Shown: positions 22,934-32,196, counted from the stretch's first letter. The stretch: 58,647 nt of DNA from an uncultured Bacteroidales bacterium (GCA_945828585.1 CALZRN010000001.1:1-58647), one strand, 5' to 3'. Notes: generated by a model from the sequence alone, not told the origin. Translations and numbers: made by a program.

Positions 22934-24535
22934 TTACCACACCTCTTGGGGGTGGTGATTATCCGTTCTGGGGTAGTCGATGGAGTAATGCAGACCTCGG
23001 CTCTCTTTGCGCTCCAAGGCCTGACGAGTGATCAGATAACCGACGTTGATCATGTTTCGCAGCTCGCAGATGTCCTTTGTTGCTTTGACGCGTTTGAAGA
23101 GTTCTTCGGTCTCTTCGTAGAGCAGGTCGAGACGCTCCCATGCTCTTCTCAGGCGCAGGTCCGAGCGTACGATACCCACATACGTGGACATGATCTGACC
23201 GACCTCCTTGACGTCCTGGGCGATGAGCACGCGCTCTTCGTTGGAGAGCGTTCCCTCGTCGTTCCACTCGGGCACGGCGCGGTTGAAATCATACTCCTCG
23301 ATGACAGAGAGACTGTGTCTCGCTGCCGCGTCGGCATAAACGACCGCCTCGATGAGGGAGTTAGACGCCAGACGGTTACCTCCGTGCAAGCCCGTACACG
23401 AACACTCGCCTACGGCGTAGAGACGGCGGATCGTACTCTGCCCGTCCAGATCCACCTTGATGCCGCCGCACATATAGTGCGCACAAGGCGCTACAGGGAT
23501 ATACTCTTTGGTGATATCGATGCCGATAGAGAGGCACTTGGCGTAGATATTGGGGAAATGATGTTTGGTCTCTTCGGGATCCTTGTGGGTTACGTCGAGG
23601 CAGACATGATCAATCGCGTGGATCTTCATCTCATTATCTATCGCGCGCGCAACGATATCCCGCGGCGCGAGACTCAGACGCGGGTCGTATTTCTGCATGA
23701 ACTCCTCGCCGTTGGGCAGTCTCAAGATACCTCCGTAGCCGCGCATGGCTTCGGTGATGAGATATGCCGGGTGCGTCTCTGCGGGGTTGAAGAGCGAAGT
23801 CGGGTGGAACTGAACAAATTCCATATCTTTGACCTGTCCCTTGGCGCGATAGACCATCGCGATGCCGTCGCCGGTCGCTATCTCCGGGTTGGTCGTTGTC
23901 GCATACACAGCACCCGTTCCGCCGGTTGCCATGAGCGTGATACGACTCAGATAGGTATCGATCTTCTGCGTCTTGGGATTGAGGATATACGCGCCGTAGC
24001 ACTCGATATCCGGTGTCCGTCGTGTGACGCGCACACCTAAGTGGTGCTGCGTGATGATCTCTACGGCGAAATGGTTCTCCAAGACCTCTATATACGGATT
24101 GCGGCGCACGGCTTCCATCAATCCTCTCTGAATCTCCGCGCCCGTGTCGTCCGCATGGTGAAGAATACGGAACTGAGAGTGACCGCCCTCACGGTGCAGG
24201 TCAAAAGCACCATCCTCCTTCTTATCGAAGTTCACGCCCCACTGCACCAACTCCTCGATGCCTCTCGGCGCGTTGCGCACCACTTGCTCCACGGCTGCCG
24301 GGTCGCTTAACCAATCGCCCGCCACCATGGTGTCGTGGATATGCTTCTCAAAATCATCGACCAAGAGATTGGTCACAGACGCTATACCGCCTTGTGCTTT
24401 GGTCGTGTTCGCCTCATCCAGCGTCGTCTTGCAACACAACGCGATGCGGTACTTACCGGCGCGGGCTACTTGCAGCGCAAAGCTCATGCCTGCTACACCG
24501 CCGCCAATAATCAAAAAATCAAATTCATGTACCAT
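22934..24535 (-). CDS. nadB: L-aspartate oxidase
   Basis: 533 aa with FAD motif IIGGGVAGMS, RLPNGEEFM and HYxxGG-type motifs of the NadB/succinate dehydrogenase flavoprotein family. Confidence 0.88.
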   Translation of the reverse strand: MVHEFDFLIIGGGVAGMSFALQVARAGKYRIALCCKTTLDEANTTKAQGGIASVTNLLVDDFEKHIHDTMVAGDWLSDPAAVEQVVRNAPRGIEELVQWGVNFDKKEDGAFDLHREGGHSQFRILHHADDTGAEIQRGLMEAVRRNPYIEVLENHFAVEIITQHHLGVRVTRRTPDIECYGAYILNPKTQKIDTYLSRITLMATGGTGAVYATTTNPEIATGDGIAMVYRAKGQVKDMEFVQFHPTSLFNPAETHPAYLITEAMRGYGGILRLPNGEEFMQKYDPRLSLAPRDIVARAIDNEMKIHAIDHVCLDVTHKDPEETKHHFPNIYAKCLSIGIDITKEYIPVAPCAHYMCGGIKVDLDGQSTIRRLYAVGECSCTGLHGGNRLASNSLIEAVVYADAAARHSLSVIEEYDFNRAVPEWNDEGTLSNEERVLIAQDVKEVGQIMSTYVGIVRSDLRLRRAWERLDLLYEETEELFKRVKATKDICELRNMINVGYLITRQALERKESRGLHYSIDYPRTDNHHPQEVW

Positions 24536-24559
24536 TTGTTCATGTACTATGTGGTCATT

Positions 24560-25273
24560 TTATTGTGCTTTGCACAATGCAAAGACGCTTATTGTGGTTC
24601 CGCGGAAGGCGCGCATGGCCTGTAGGCATGAGCGCATCGTCTCGCCTGTCGTGATCAGGTCGTCCACCACTAATATCCGCCGGTGGTAGAGTTGCTCGGG
24701 GTGGTTCACGGCAAACGCCCCTGCTACATTCGTCTTTCGCCCCTCGCCGTCCTGCAGCGCCTGTTTGGGTGTATTGCGGGTGCGGGTCAGGTGGGTCGTG
24801 TCGATCGGGAGCCCCGTGATCTCACTGATTCCCCGGGCGATATACTCCGATTGGTTATACCCTCTCTCGCGCAGTCGTTTGGGGTGCAAGGGAACCGGGA
24901 TGATGACATCTATCTCGTCAAAGAACCGCTCGTCGCGCCATCCCAAGACCGCTTGTCGTCCCAAATAAACACCCCACTCCGGTTCGTCGCGGTACTTCAT
25001 CCGGTGGATCACCTGCTGAATCGGGTGCCCTTTCTCATAAAAGAGATATGCTCCTGCGCGGTTAAGATGCAAGGCTTTCTTGATGACTGTCTTGCCTTCC
25101 GTCAGGGCGGTCTCGGTACTGTTTTCCGCTTTGAGGTCCTGCTCCGTGCGGGGCAACCGGCGCCAACAATCCGGGCAGATCCAATCCAGGTAAGTCTCCC
25201 GGATCTGTTGGTCGCTGATATACCTGCCGCAGAACGGGCATGTCCGCGGGAAGAGGAGGTCAGAGAGTAACAC
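24560..25273 (-). CDS. comF: ComF-family phosphoribosyltransferase-like protein
   Basis: N-terminal Cys pairs (CPFCG...CPDCW) and the C-terminal PRTase motif ILVVDDLITTGET. Confidence 0.8.
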   Translation of the reverse strand: MLLSDLLFPRTCPFCGRYISDQQIRETYLDWICPDCWRRLPRTEQDLKAENSTETALTEGKTVIKKALHLNRAGAYLFYEKGHPIQQVIHRMKYRDEPEWGVYLGRQAVLGWRDERFFDEIDVIIPVPLHPKRLRERGYNQSEYIARGISEITGLPIDTTHLTRTRNTPKQALQDGEGRKTNVAGAFAVNHPEQLYHRRILVVDDLITTGETMRSCLQAMRAFRGTTISVFALCKAQ

Positions 25274-26741
25274 CGTTCTTGAAGATAGCTATCTCGTGGT
25301 AGCCGTTCTTCTCGTTGTTGGTCTTCGTGCCGTTAGCGACAGCAATGACGAACTCTGCAAAACGTTTCGCTACCTCCTCCATCGGTTCGCCCTCGGCGAT
25401 GACACCCGCATTGAAATCAATCCAATTGGGTTTGTTCTTCGCCAGGTTCGAGTTCGTAGAGATCTTCATCGTGGGGACATAGGTGCCAAACGGCGTACCG
25501 CGTCCGGTGGTGAAGAGCACCATGTGGCATCCACAGGAAGCGAGCGCCGTGGAAGCCACGAGGTCGTTGCCCGGTGCAGAAAGGAGGTTGAGACCCTTCA
25601 CCTGCAGCCTCTCGCCGTAAGGCATCACACCGCGCACAAGGGACTTACCGCATTTCTGCGTACAACCGAGGGCTTTGTCCTCGAGGGTGGATATACCGCC
25701 GGCTTTGTTACCCGGAGACGGGTTCTCGCCGACAGGCTCGCCGTGAGACAGGAAATAATCCTTGAAGTCGTTGATGAGGCTGACGGTCTGGTCGAAGAGT
25801 TGGCGGTTGGCGCAACGGTCCATGAGGATGGTCTCTGCGCCGAACATCTCCGGCACCTCGGTCAGTACGGTTGTACCGCCTTGTGCTACAAGCCAGTCGG
25901 AAAGCATGCCGAGTAACGGGTTCGCGGTGATACCACTGAAGCCGTCGGAGCCGCCGCATTTGAGTCCCACGCGCAGTTCGGACAGAGGCACAGCGACGCG
26001 TTTGTCGTGCTGCGTCTTGGTATAGAGCTCGCGCAGGATAGGCATGCAGTACTCTACCTCGTCGCCCTCGATCTTCTGGGTTGTCACGAACTTCACGCGG
26101 TCCTCGTCTATCTCGCCGCAGAACTCCTTGAATACATCCGGCTGGTTGTTCTCACAACCGAGGGAAACGACGAGAATAGCACCGGCATTCGGGTGATGGA
26201 TCATATCGCGCAGGATCTTCTTCGTGTTCTCGTGGTCGTCGCCTAACTGCGAGCAGCCGTAGTTATGGGGGAAGGCGAAGATATTATCCGCGCCGGTCTC
26301 CTGACGAAGACGCTCGGCACATTTCTGGATGATACCGTTGACGCACCCTACGGTCGGGATGATCCACACCTCGTTACGGATACCTACCTGGCCGTCTTTG
26401 CGGCGGTAGCCCATGAACGTGCGTCCTTCGTCGGGGATATTGAGAACGACCTCTTTGGGGTGGTACTCATAGGAGAGCAGACCCGCGAGGTTGGTCTTGA
26501 TATTGTTCTCGTTCATCCAGGAACCGGCTTTCTTCGCCTCCTTAGCATGACCGATCGGGAATCCGTACTTGATGACGTTCTCGCCCTCAGCGAGATCGGT
26601 GATGGCTATCTTGTGTCCGGCAGGTACATCTTCCAACACGGTAATCTGCTTGCCGTCCACATCAATAACCGCACCGGCGATCTGCGGTTGTATGGCTACC
26701 ACCACATTATCCGCCGGATTGATTTTTAAGATATTGGTCAT
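25260..26741 (-). CDS. uxaA: altronate dehydratase
   Basis: 493 aa with an N-terminal SAF-like domain (NPADNVVVA) and a UxaA-family core. Adjacent to uxaB. Confidence 0.85.
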   Translation of the reverse strand: MTNILKINPADNVVVAIQPQIAGAVIDVDGKQITVLEDVPAGHKIAITDLAEGENVIKYGFPIGHAKEAKKAGSWMNENNIKTNLAGLLSYEYHPKEVVLNIPDEGRTFMGYRRKDGQVGIRNEVWIIPTVGCVNGIIQKCAERLRQETGADNIFAFPHNYGCSQLGDDHENTKKILRDMIHHPNAGAILVVSLGCENNQPDVFKEFCGEIDEDRVKFVTTQKIEGDEVEYCMPILRELYTKTQHDKRVAVPLSELRVGLKCGGSDGFSGITANPLLGMLSDWLVAQGGTTVLTEVPEMFGAETILMDRCANRQLFDQTVSLINDFKDYFLSHGEPVGENPSPGNKAGGISTLEDKALGCTQKCGKSLVRGVMPYGERLQVKGLNLLSAPGNDLVASTALASCGCHMVLFTTGRGTPFGTYVPTMKISTNSNLAKNKPNWIDFNAGVIAEGEPMEEVAKRFAEFVIAVANGTKTNNEKNGYHEIAIFKNGVTL

Positions 26742-26743
26742 AA

Positions 26744-28231
26744 TTATAAAATGGTCTTAACGGTTTCGAGCATGCCTTTCTTCTCAATCGAGTCGAGGAA
26801 GGAAACAACCATGTCGGTCAGACCCGGAACCTTGTTGAGGTCCTCTTTGGACTCTTTCCAGATGATGTCGGTAGCGCCGAGCACGCCTTCTGCCACCTTG
26901 CGGGTGTCGCCGGTTGCCCAGAGGTCCTTCAAGAGGTCCATGATCTCCTGTGCGTCGTTCGGCTGGATAGGAGCACCGTCCTCACGAACGCCGCCCTTGT
27001 AGTACTCGATGATAGCAGCGAGACCGAGAACGAGGCCCTTCGGCAGCTCGCCCTTGCGCTCTAAGTAAACCTTCAAGCCCGGCAGGTCGCGTGTCTCGAA
27101 TTTCGGGAAGGAGTTCAGCATGATCGAGGTCACCTGGTGATCTACGTACGGGTTGTTGAAACGCTCCAATACGCTCTCGCCGTAAGCCTTCAGTTCGTCT
27201 TTCGGCAGGTTCAGCGTCTCCAGCAACTCATCGAACATCACTTTGTGGATGTACTTGCCGAGGATCTCGTGGTTGCATGCGTCGCGAACGATATTCACGC
27301 CGCTGAGGTAAGTAACCGGCGAAAGCACCGTGTGCGGACCGTTGAGGAGGGTCACCTTACGCTCGTGGTACGGCTTCTCGCTCTCGGCGATGAGGACATT
27401 CAGACCTGCTTTGTTAGCCGGGAACTCAGCCTCGAGTTCAGCGATAGACATGTTCTCCGGTTTCTCGATCACCCAGAGGTGGAAGATCTCAGCCTGTACG
27501 ACGAGGTTGTCGTTATAACCCACTTTCTCCTGGATCTCAGCGATGTCTTTGCGCGGGAAGCCCGGTACGATACGGTCCACGAGGGTAGCACAGACGTAGT
27601 TGTATTTCTCGAACCACTCCTTGAAGCCTGCATAGTCTGCTCCGAAATCGTCTTTCCAGAGCTCGATGTACTTGTGGATGCAGTCTTTGAGGTGGTGACC
27701 GTTGAGGAAAATCAGCTCACACGGCATGAAGATCAGACCCTTGGTCGGATCGCCGTTGAAAGTCTTGTAGCGGCGGAAGAGGAGCTGAACGAGCTTGCCC
27801 GGATACGAAGAAGCGGGAGCGTCGGTAAACTTGCAGCTGTCATCGAAAGTGATACCGGCCTCGGTGGTGTTGGAGATGACGAAACGGATCTCCGGTTGCT
27901 CTGCGAGTGCCATATACGCCCAGTTCTGGGTGTACGGGTTCAGCGCACGCGAGATGACGTCGATACGCTCCAGCGAGTTCACAGCCTTACCGTCCAAACG
28001 CCCCTGCAGGTTGACATGATACAAGCAGTCCTGACCATTCAGCCACTCTACCATGCCTTTGTCGATAGGTTGAACGACAGCTACCGAACCGTTGAAGTTC
28101 GTCTTAGCGTTCATGTTCCATACGATCCAGTCCACAAATGCGCGGAGGAAGTTTCCTTCACCAAACTGAATGATCTTCTCGGGAGCGACACTCTTCGGCG
28201 CGGTCCACTTGTTCAATGCTTTTTTTGCCAT
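26744..28231 (-). CDS. uxaB: tagaturonate reductase (altronate oxidoreductase)
   Basis: 495 aa of the mannitol dehydrogenase family (IIQFGEGNFLRAF). Located directly upstream of uxaA on the same strand. Confidence 0.85.
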   Translation of the reverse strand: MAKKALNKWTAPKSVAPEKIIQFGEGNFLRAFVDWIVWNMNAKTNFNGSVAVVQPIDKGMVEWLNGQDCLYHVNLQGRLDGKAVNSLERIDVISRALNPYTQNWAYMALAEQPEIRFVISNTTEAGITFDDSCKFTDAPASSYPGKLVQLLFRRYKTFNGDPTKGLIFMPCELIFLNGHHLKDCIHKYIELWKDDFGADYAGFKEWFEKYNYVCATLVDRIVPGFPRKDIAEIQEKVGYNDNLVVQAEIFHLWVIEKPENMSIAELEAEFPANKAGLNVLIAESEKPYHERKVTLLNGPHTVLSPVTYLSGVNIVRDACNHEILGKYIHKVMFDELLETLNLPKDELKAYGESVLERFNNPYVDHQVTSIMLNSFPKFETRDLPGLKVYLERKGELPKGLVLGLAAIIEYYKGGVREDGAPIQPNDAQEIMDLLKDLWATGDTRKVAEGVLGATDIIWKESKEDLNKVPGLTDMVVSFLDSIEKKGMLETVKTIL

Positions 28232-28295
28232 AGTCTTAAGTATTAAATGAATTAAATTTTGTTATTTACTTTTTATTGCTCACAATATTTATTAT

Positions 28296-28448
28296 TTACA
28301 ATGCAACGGTAAATGGATCAACATACGTCACTTGCCCGTTCTCGCAGAAAATAAGCGGTTGGTTGTCACGGCGGTGTTGCTCCACCAGCTTGCGATACGA
28401 TTGTTTGAGTCCTATACTCAATTTCGTTTCTAACTCACGTTCACTCAT
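28296..28448 (-). CDS. possible 50-aa ORF overlapping the zeta-like fragment stop by ATGA
   Basis: I translated MSERELETKLSIGLKQSYRKLVEQHRRDNQPLIFCENGQVTYVDPFTVAL by hand. It is below the ORF-track cutoff and has no recognised family. Confidence 0.25.
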   Translation of the reverse strand: MSERELETKLSIGLKQSYRKLVEQHRRDNQPLIFCENGQVTYVDPFTVAL

Positions 28449-28720
28449 ATCTTTTGGATTAATTGGTTCCACATATCCTGTTTATATATCTGTACGTTGC
28501 CTTCTGAATTTCCTTTTTTAGCAACTAAAATAGCTTCTCCATGTGCATTATTATATACCAAAACGCCATCACAGATCGGCAGATACAGATGTAACAAGTT
28601 GTATATACCGCGTTTGAAGCGGCGACGTATGTCATCCTCCGGGATATTATGCCCGCCCATAATATACAAATTCGGTTGTTGCATTTCGTTTCCAAAACCT
28701 TTGCGGGTGCAAAGGTACAA
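28445..28720 (-). pseudogene. C-terminal remnant of a zeta-toxin / COG4185-type P-loop kinase-like gene
   Basis: GGHNIPEDDIRRRFKRGIYNL resembles the C-terminal half of that family. The P-loop half is absent, and the ORF 5' end runs into a promoter-like sequence. Confidence 0.4.
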
Positions 28721-28745
28721 AAAAATATTGATATACGCAAGCGCC
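28708..28745 (-). promoter_or_regulatory. Bacteroidota-type promoter (CTTGCGTAT...TTTTTTTGTACCTTTGCAC class)
   Basis: The + strand CAAAGGTA at 28710-28717. Near-identical in architecture to the promoter at 29405-29445. Confidence 0.5.
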
Positions 28746-28870
28746 CGCGCGATTTTTTTCTTTTTTGTCCTTTTAGCCGTCTTGCCACAAAAAAAGCAGC
28801 AAGGTCTCCCCTGCTGCCTTTCATATGCCCATTTCGCGGGTTGTCTGCGACACCATCGTGACGGTATTTC

Positions 28871-29119
28871 TTACAATGCTACGCCATACTCATAAATAGC
28901 ATCGCTTGGTAAATCAATCTGATCATTCCAATAGATACAAGTACGACTTGCATCCAATTGGGCATTCTCAAACAAACCATGCTCTGTTTGGAGATCGCGG
29001 AAAGCAGGTAGCGTCTTTATATCATCTGCAACATCATAACGAACCTTCCGCCCATCATCAAACGAAACGAGCAGTTGAAAATCCGCAAGCGGTTGATATG
29101 ACTTAATTCGAGGTATCAT
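28871..29119 (-). CDS. DUF2442 domain protein
   Basis: 82 aa. The pattern LLVSFDDGRKVRYDV...IYWNDQIDLPSDAIYE is typical of DUF2442. Confidence 0.75.
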   Translation of the reverse strand: MIPRIKSYQPLADFQLLVSFDDGRKVRYDVADDIKTLPAFRDLQTEHGLFENAQLDASRTCIYWNDQIDLPSDAIYEYGVAL

Positions 29120-29120
29120 A

Positions 29121-29378
29121 TTAGTCTTTCAATGGTGGAAGTTTAAATATTTTTTGAGTCTCCCACATCTCCTGTAGTTCATCTTTATGTTCGTTTAGCC
29201 ATTCTTTGACCATTTTCTGGGCACGATTAGGAAGATCTCCCTCCGTCATCTCAAAAGTATTGATATCGAACACACCCATATATTCTTCATAGAGGGCATG
29301 GATGTGTGCCGGCTCATGCTCCTTGGGTTTAAAGAACATCTTAATGATGATCCCGTAAAAACGACTAACTTCTGGCAT
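29121..29378 (-). CDS. DUF4160 domain protein
   Basis: 85 aa. SRFYGIIIKMFFKPKEHEPAHIHA is typical of DUF4160. A 1-nt gap separates it from the DUF2442 gene. Confidence 0.75.
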   Translation of the reverse strand: MPEVSRFYGIIIKMFFKPKEHEPAHIHALYEEYMGVFDINTFEMTEGDLPNRAQKMVKEWLNEHKDELQEMWETQKIFKLPPLKD

Positions 29379-29404
29379 AATTTTCTTGTATTAGAGATTT
29401 TGCG

Positions 29405-29445
29405 CTGCAAAATTACAAAAAAATATTGACATACGCAAGTGTTTT
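29405..29445 (-). promoter_or_regulatory. Bacteroidota-type promoter for the DUF4160-DUF2442 pair
   Basis: The minus strand reads CTTGCGTATGTCAATATTTTTTTGTAATTTTGCAGC. The -7 box corresponds to + 29408-29415. Confidence 0.6.
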
Positions 29446-29484
29446 ACCATATTTTGCAATTTTTCTTTATTTTTGAGGCTTAAA

Positions 29485-29520
29485 ATTTGGAAATGTCAAG
29501 AAAAGCAGTATATTTGCACC
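29485..29520 (+). promoter_or_regulatory. Orphan Bacteroidota-type promoter with no protein gene downstream
   Basis: AAAAGCAGTATATTTGCACC, with the -7 box TAtaTTTG at 29509-29516. Confidence 0.5.
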
Positions 29521-29522
29521 AG

Positions 29523-29715
29523 ATTTCAGTTTAGGGAACCGAAGGATGGTGATTCTCGGCTTCTGAGACCGATAGAAGGGTGTTCAGGATGTATTCAGCA
29601 TCCATTGAGCACCCATTGCAGGTAAGTGACAAGTAGGTTGCAAATACTACGCGGAAAGGGTATTGAATCAATCCGGGAAAAGCAGGGAAAGGAACTCCGT
29701 AGTCATAATTTTTGC
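29523..29715 (+). ncRNA. candidate small RNA of unknown family
   Basis: Starts just after the orphan promoter. Local hairpins include GGGTG-ttca-GGATG-loop-CATCC-attgag-CACCC, CTTCT/AGAAG and CTACGcGGA/TCCGTAG. Ends at the T-run ATAATTTTT. No credible ORF. Confidence 0.25.
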
Positions 29716-29915
29716 AAATTAATTTGCATATCTCAAAAAAAGCAGTACCTTCGACCTCCTCCCCCATAAATGGGGTCCCCTTCGAAAGTACAGTCGCATC
29801 CTGCGGTACATACGCAAGAATGAGCGGGATTTTTGAAAAGGGCAGTACCCTCTCTTTTAGTGCTAAATAGCCCTCCCTTATGCAAGCATAGTGCCTGCTA
29901 TCTATCCCTAAAAGA

Positions 29916-29939
29916 AGTAGAGAACTCTCTACTTTTTTC
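29916..29939 (+). terminator. intrinsic terminator-like hairpin
   Basis: AGTAGAG-aact-CTCTACT followed by TTTTT. Confidence 0.5.
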
Positions 29940-29957
29940 AAAAATTCCGCTCAAAAA

Positions 29958-29992
29958 CTTGCGTATGTGCAATTTTTGTTGTACCTTTGCAC
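29958..29992 (+). promoter_or_regulatory. Bacteroidota-type promoter for ychF
   Basis: CTTGCGTATGTGCAATTTTTGTTGTACCTTTGCAC, with the -7 box at 29982-29989. Confidence 0.65.
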
Positions 29993-30003
29993 GCTAATTT
30001 GTT

Positions 30004-30033
30004 AAATCATAAATTTGAAATCATAAATCATAC
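30004..30033 (+). repeat. ATCATAAAT-family element, copy 3 (5' of the ychF start)
   Basis: aaatcataaatttgaaatcataaatcatac lies immediately before the ATG at 30034. Confidence 0.9.
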
Positions 30034-31140
30034 ATGTCTTTACAATGTGGAATAGTGGGTCTGCCGAATGTAGGCAAGAGTACCCTTTTTAACTGTCTGA
30101 GTAATGCAAAGGCGCAGAGCGCCAATTTTCCTTTCTGTACGATTGAGCCGAACGTAGGCGTGATCACGGTGCCGGACGAGCGGTTGATCAAACTCGGCGA
30201 GATATGTCATCCCGAGCGCGGCGTGATCCCCACGACCGTGGAGATAGTGGATATAGCGGGTCTGGTGAAGGGCGCGAGCAAGGGTGAAGGATTAGGGAAT
30301 AAGTTCCTGGCGAACATCCGCGAGACGGACGCCATCATCCATGTACTGCGTTGCTTCGACGACGAGAACGTGGTGCATGTCGATGGGACGGTGAACCCCG
30401 TGCGCGACAAAGAGATCATCGACGCGGAGTTGCAACTGAAGGACCTGGAGACGGTGGAGAGCCGTATCCAGAAATGCGAGAAAGCCGCTAAAGCCGGAGG
30501 GGATAAGTTTGCGAAGTTGCAGTTAGAGGTGCTGGTTAAGTACCGCGAGGCGCTGTCGCAGGGCAAGAACGCCCGGACGGTAGAGCCGGAGAACAAAGAG
30601 CAGGAGGCGGCAGCGAGAGACCTCTTCCTGCTGACGAACAAACCCGTGATGTACGTCTGCAACGTCGATGAGAGATCGGCTGTCACCGGCAACGCGTACG
30701 TGGAGCAGGTTCGTGAGGCGGTCAAAGACGAGGACGCACAAGTGCTGGTACTCGCCGCGAAGATAGAGAGCGAGATCGCGGAGTTAGAGAGCTACGAGGA
30801 GCGGCAGATGTTCCTCGAGGAGATCGGTCTGGAGGAGAGCGGAGTAAACCGCTTGATCAAGGCTGCTTACGCGCTACTCAAGCTGCGTACGTTCCTCACC
30901 GCCGGTAGCGATGAGGTACGCGCGTGGACGTTCCGTGAGGGCATGAAAGCGCCGCAATGCGCCGGCGTCATCCACACGGATTTTGAGCGGGGGTTCATCC
31001 GTGCGGAGGTGATCAAATACGAGGACTTCGTGGCGCTCGGCGGCGAGGCGCAATGCCGCGCAGCCGGCAAACTTGGCATCGAGGGCAAGGACTACCTCGT
31101 ACAAGACGGAGATATCATGCATTTCTTGTTTAATGTTTAA
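30034..31140 (+). CDS. ychF: redox-regulated ATPase YchF
   Basis: 368 aa with G1 GLPNVGKST, a TGS-like C-terminus and overall YchF/OLA1 organisation. Confidence 0.92.
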   Translation: MSLQCGIVGLPNVGKSTLFNCLSNAKAQSANFPFCTIEPNVGVITVPDERLIKLGEICHPERGVIPTTVEIVDIAGLVKGASKGEGLGNKFLANIRETDAIIHVLRCFDDENVVHVDGTVNPVRDKEIIDAELQLKDLETVESRIQKCEKAAKAGGDKFAKLQLEVLVKYREALSQGKNARTVEPENKEQEAAARDLFLLTNKPVMYVCNVDERSAVTGNAYVEQVREAVKDEDAQVLVLAAKIESEIAELESYEERQMFLEEIGLEESGVNRLIKAAYALLKLRTFLTAGSDEVRAWTFREGMKAPQCAGVIHTDFERGFIRAEVIKYEDFVALGGEAQCRAAGKLGIEGKDYLVQDGDIMHFLFNV

Positions 31141-31162
31141 CTAGGTAGACCTAGGAAGAATT

Positions 31163-32161
31163 ATGATAGAGTCATTATTAGCTTACGGATGGTGGGCGGC
31201 GGTGATATGCATCGTCGTGGGATTTGCGGCGCTGGTGAGAGGTGCGGACTGCTTAGTCGATGGTGCGAGTGCTATTGCCAAACGGTTCGGCATCTGCGAT
31301 CTCGTGATCGGTCTGACGGTCGTCGCTTTCGGTACGAGTATGCCGGAGTTCGTGGTAAACATGGTCTCCGTAGCAGAAGGCAGTACGGATCTCGCAATCA
31401 CGAATATCTTAGGTTCGAACATCATCAACACCTTTGTCATCCTCGGTCTGACGGCGTTGGTTTATCCGATCGTGTCGCAGAAACGCAGCCGGGACTTTGA
31501 CATCCCGATGTCTATCATCGCCGGGGTGTTGGTATTGATCCTCGTGGCTGTACAATTGCCATTCGGCGAAGCCGGTAAGGGTATCGGTCACCTCGGCGGC
31601 GCGGTACTGCTACTATTCTTCTGCTACTTCCTCTATAACACGTTCCGCCATGCTAAAGACCACCCGGAGGAAGGACCAAGTGACGAAGTACCAAGTACAA
31701 AGGAGATTCCTGTCCGGCGTGCTGTCGCGCTGATTCTCGGCGGATTGGTAGGGCTGGTGGTCGGCGGAGAGCTGATTGTCAAGAGCGCCGTCGATCTGGC
31801 GACACGCATGGGTGTGAGCGAAGCGATTATCGGTCTGACGATAGTAGCTTTAGGAACATCCCTGCCGGAGTTGGCGACCTCCGTCATCGCGGCGGCAAAG
31901 CATAACTCCGACATCGCTATCGGTAACGTCTTCGGTTCGAACATCTTCAACGTCTTCTTCGTCCTCGGCACGAGTGCGGCGATACATCCCCTGCCTGCAT
32001 ACGAAGGGATCGAGTTAGACGCCTGCATGGCGGCGATAGGAAGCATCATCGTCTGGCTGGCGGTCAAGACCAACAAGGCGCGGAAGGTACAACGGTGGGC
32101 AGGCGCGTTGCTGCTGATTGTGTATGGCGCGTATTTAGCCTATCGGCTGTGGACGGTTTAG
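31163..32161 (+). CDS. calcium/sodium antiporter (CaCA family, YrbG-like)
   Basis: 332 aa with two internally repeated alpha-repeat motifs (GSNIINTF and GSNIFNVF) and multiple TM segments. Confidence 0.85.
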   Translation: MIESLLAYGWWAAVICIVVGFAALVRGADCLVDGASAIAKRFGICDLVIGLTVVAFGTSMPEFVVNMVSVAEGSTDLAITNILGSNIINTFVILGLTALVYPIVSQKRSRDFDIPMSIIAGVLVLILVAVQLPFGEAGKGIGHLGGAVLLLFFCYFLYNTFRHAKDHPEEGPSDEVPSTKEIPVRRAVALILGGLVGLVVGGELIVKSAVDLATRMGVSEAIIGLTIVALGTSLPELATSVIAAAKHNSDIAIGNVFGSNIFNVFFVLGTSAAIHPLPAYEGIELDACMAAIGSIIVWLAVKTNKARKVQRWAGALLLIVYGAYLAYRLWTV

Positions 32162-32196
32162 GGGGTTAGAGGGTTAGTGGATTAGAGGTTAGAGGT
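32159..32196. repeat. GTTAGAGG/GATTAG word repeat at the 3' end of the antiporter gene
   Basis: tagggggttagagggttagtggattagaggttagaggt. Confidence 0.85.

Noticed and set aside
22928-24040. Long antisense ORFs: 22928-24040 (370 aa, opposite nadB), 27137-28246 (opposite uxaB), 54169-55230 (opposite uvrD), 48078-49034 (opposite gltD part), 11760-12935 (opposite the giant gene), 19683-20696 (opposite the SDR gene)
   Set aside because: Each lies fully inside a strongly supported gene on the other strand. They have Arg/Val/Asp/His-rich low-complexity composition typical of antisense frames in GC-rich coding DNA, and no promoter or recognisable motif.
29531-29941. 136-aa minus-strand ORF in the gene-free region before ychF
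   Set aside because: It runs antisense through three promoter-like sequences and a terminator hairpin. It has no family resemblance, and its composition is atypical for coding sequence.
31412-31942. GGTTCGAAC motifs (31412-31420 and 31934-31942) resembling tRNA T-arm sequences
   Set aside because: Both lie inside the antiporter CDS and encode the duplicated GSNI alpha-repeat motif. No acceptor or anticodon stems can be drawn around them.
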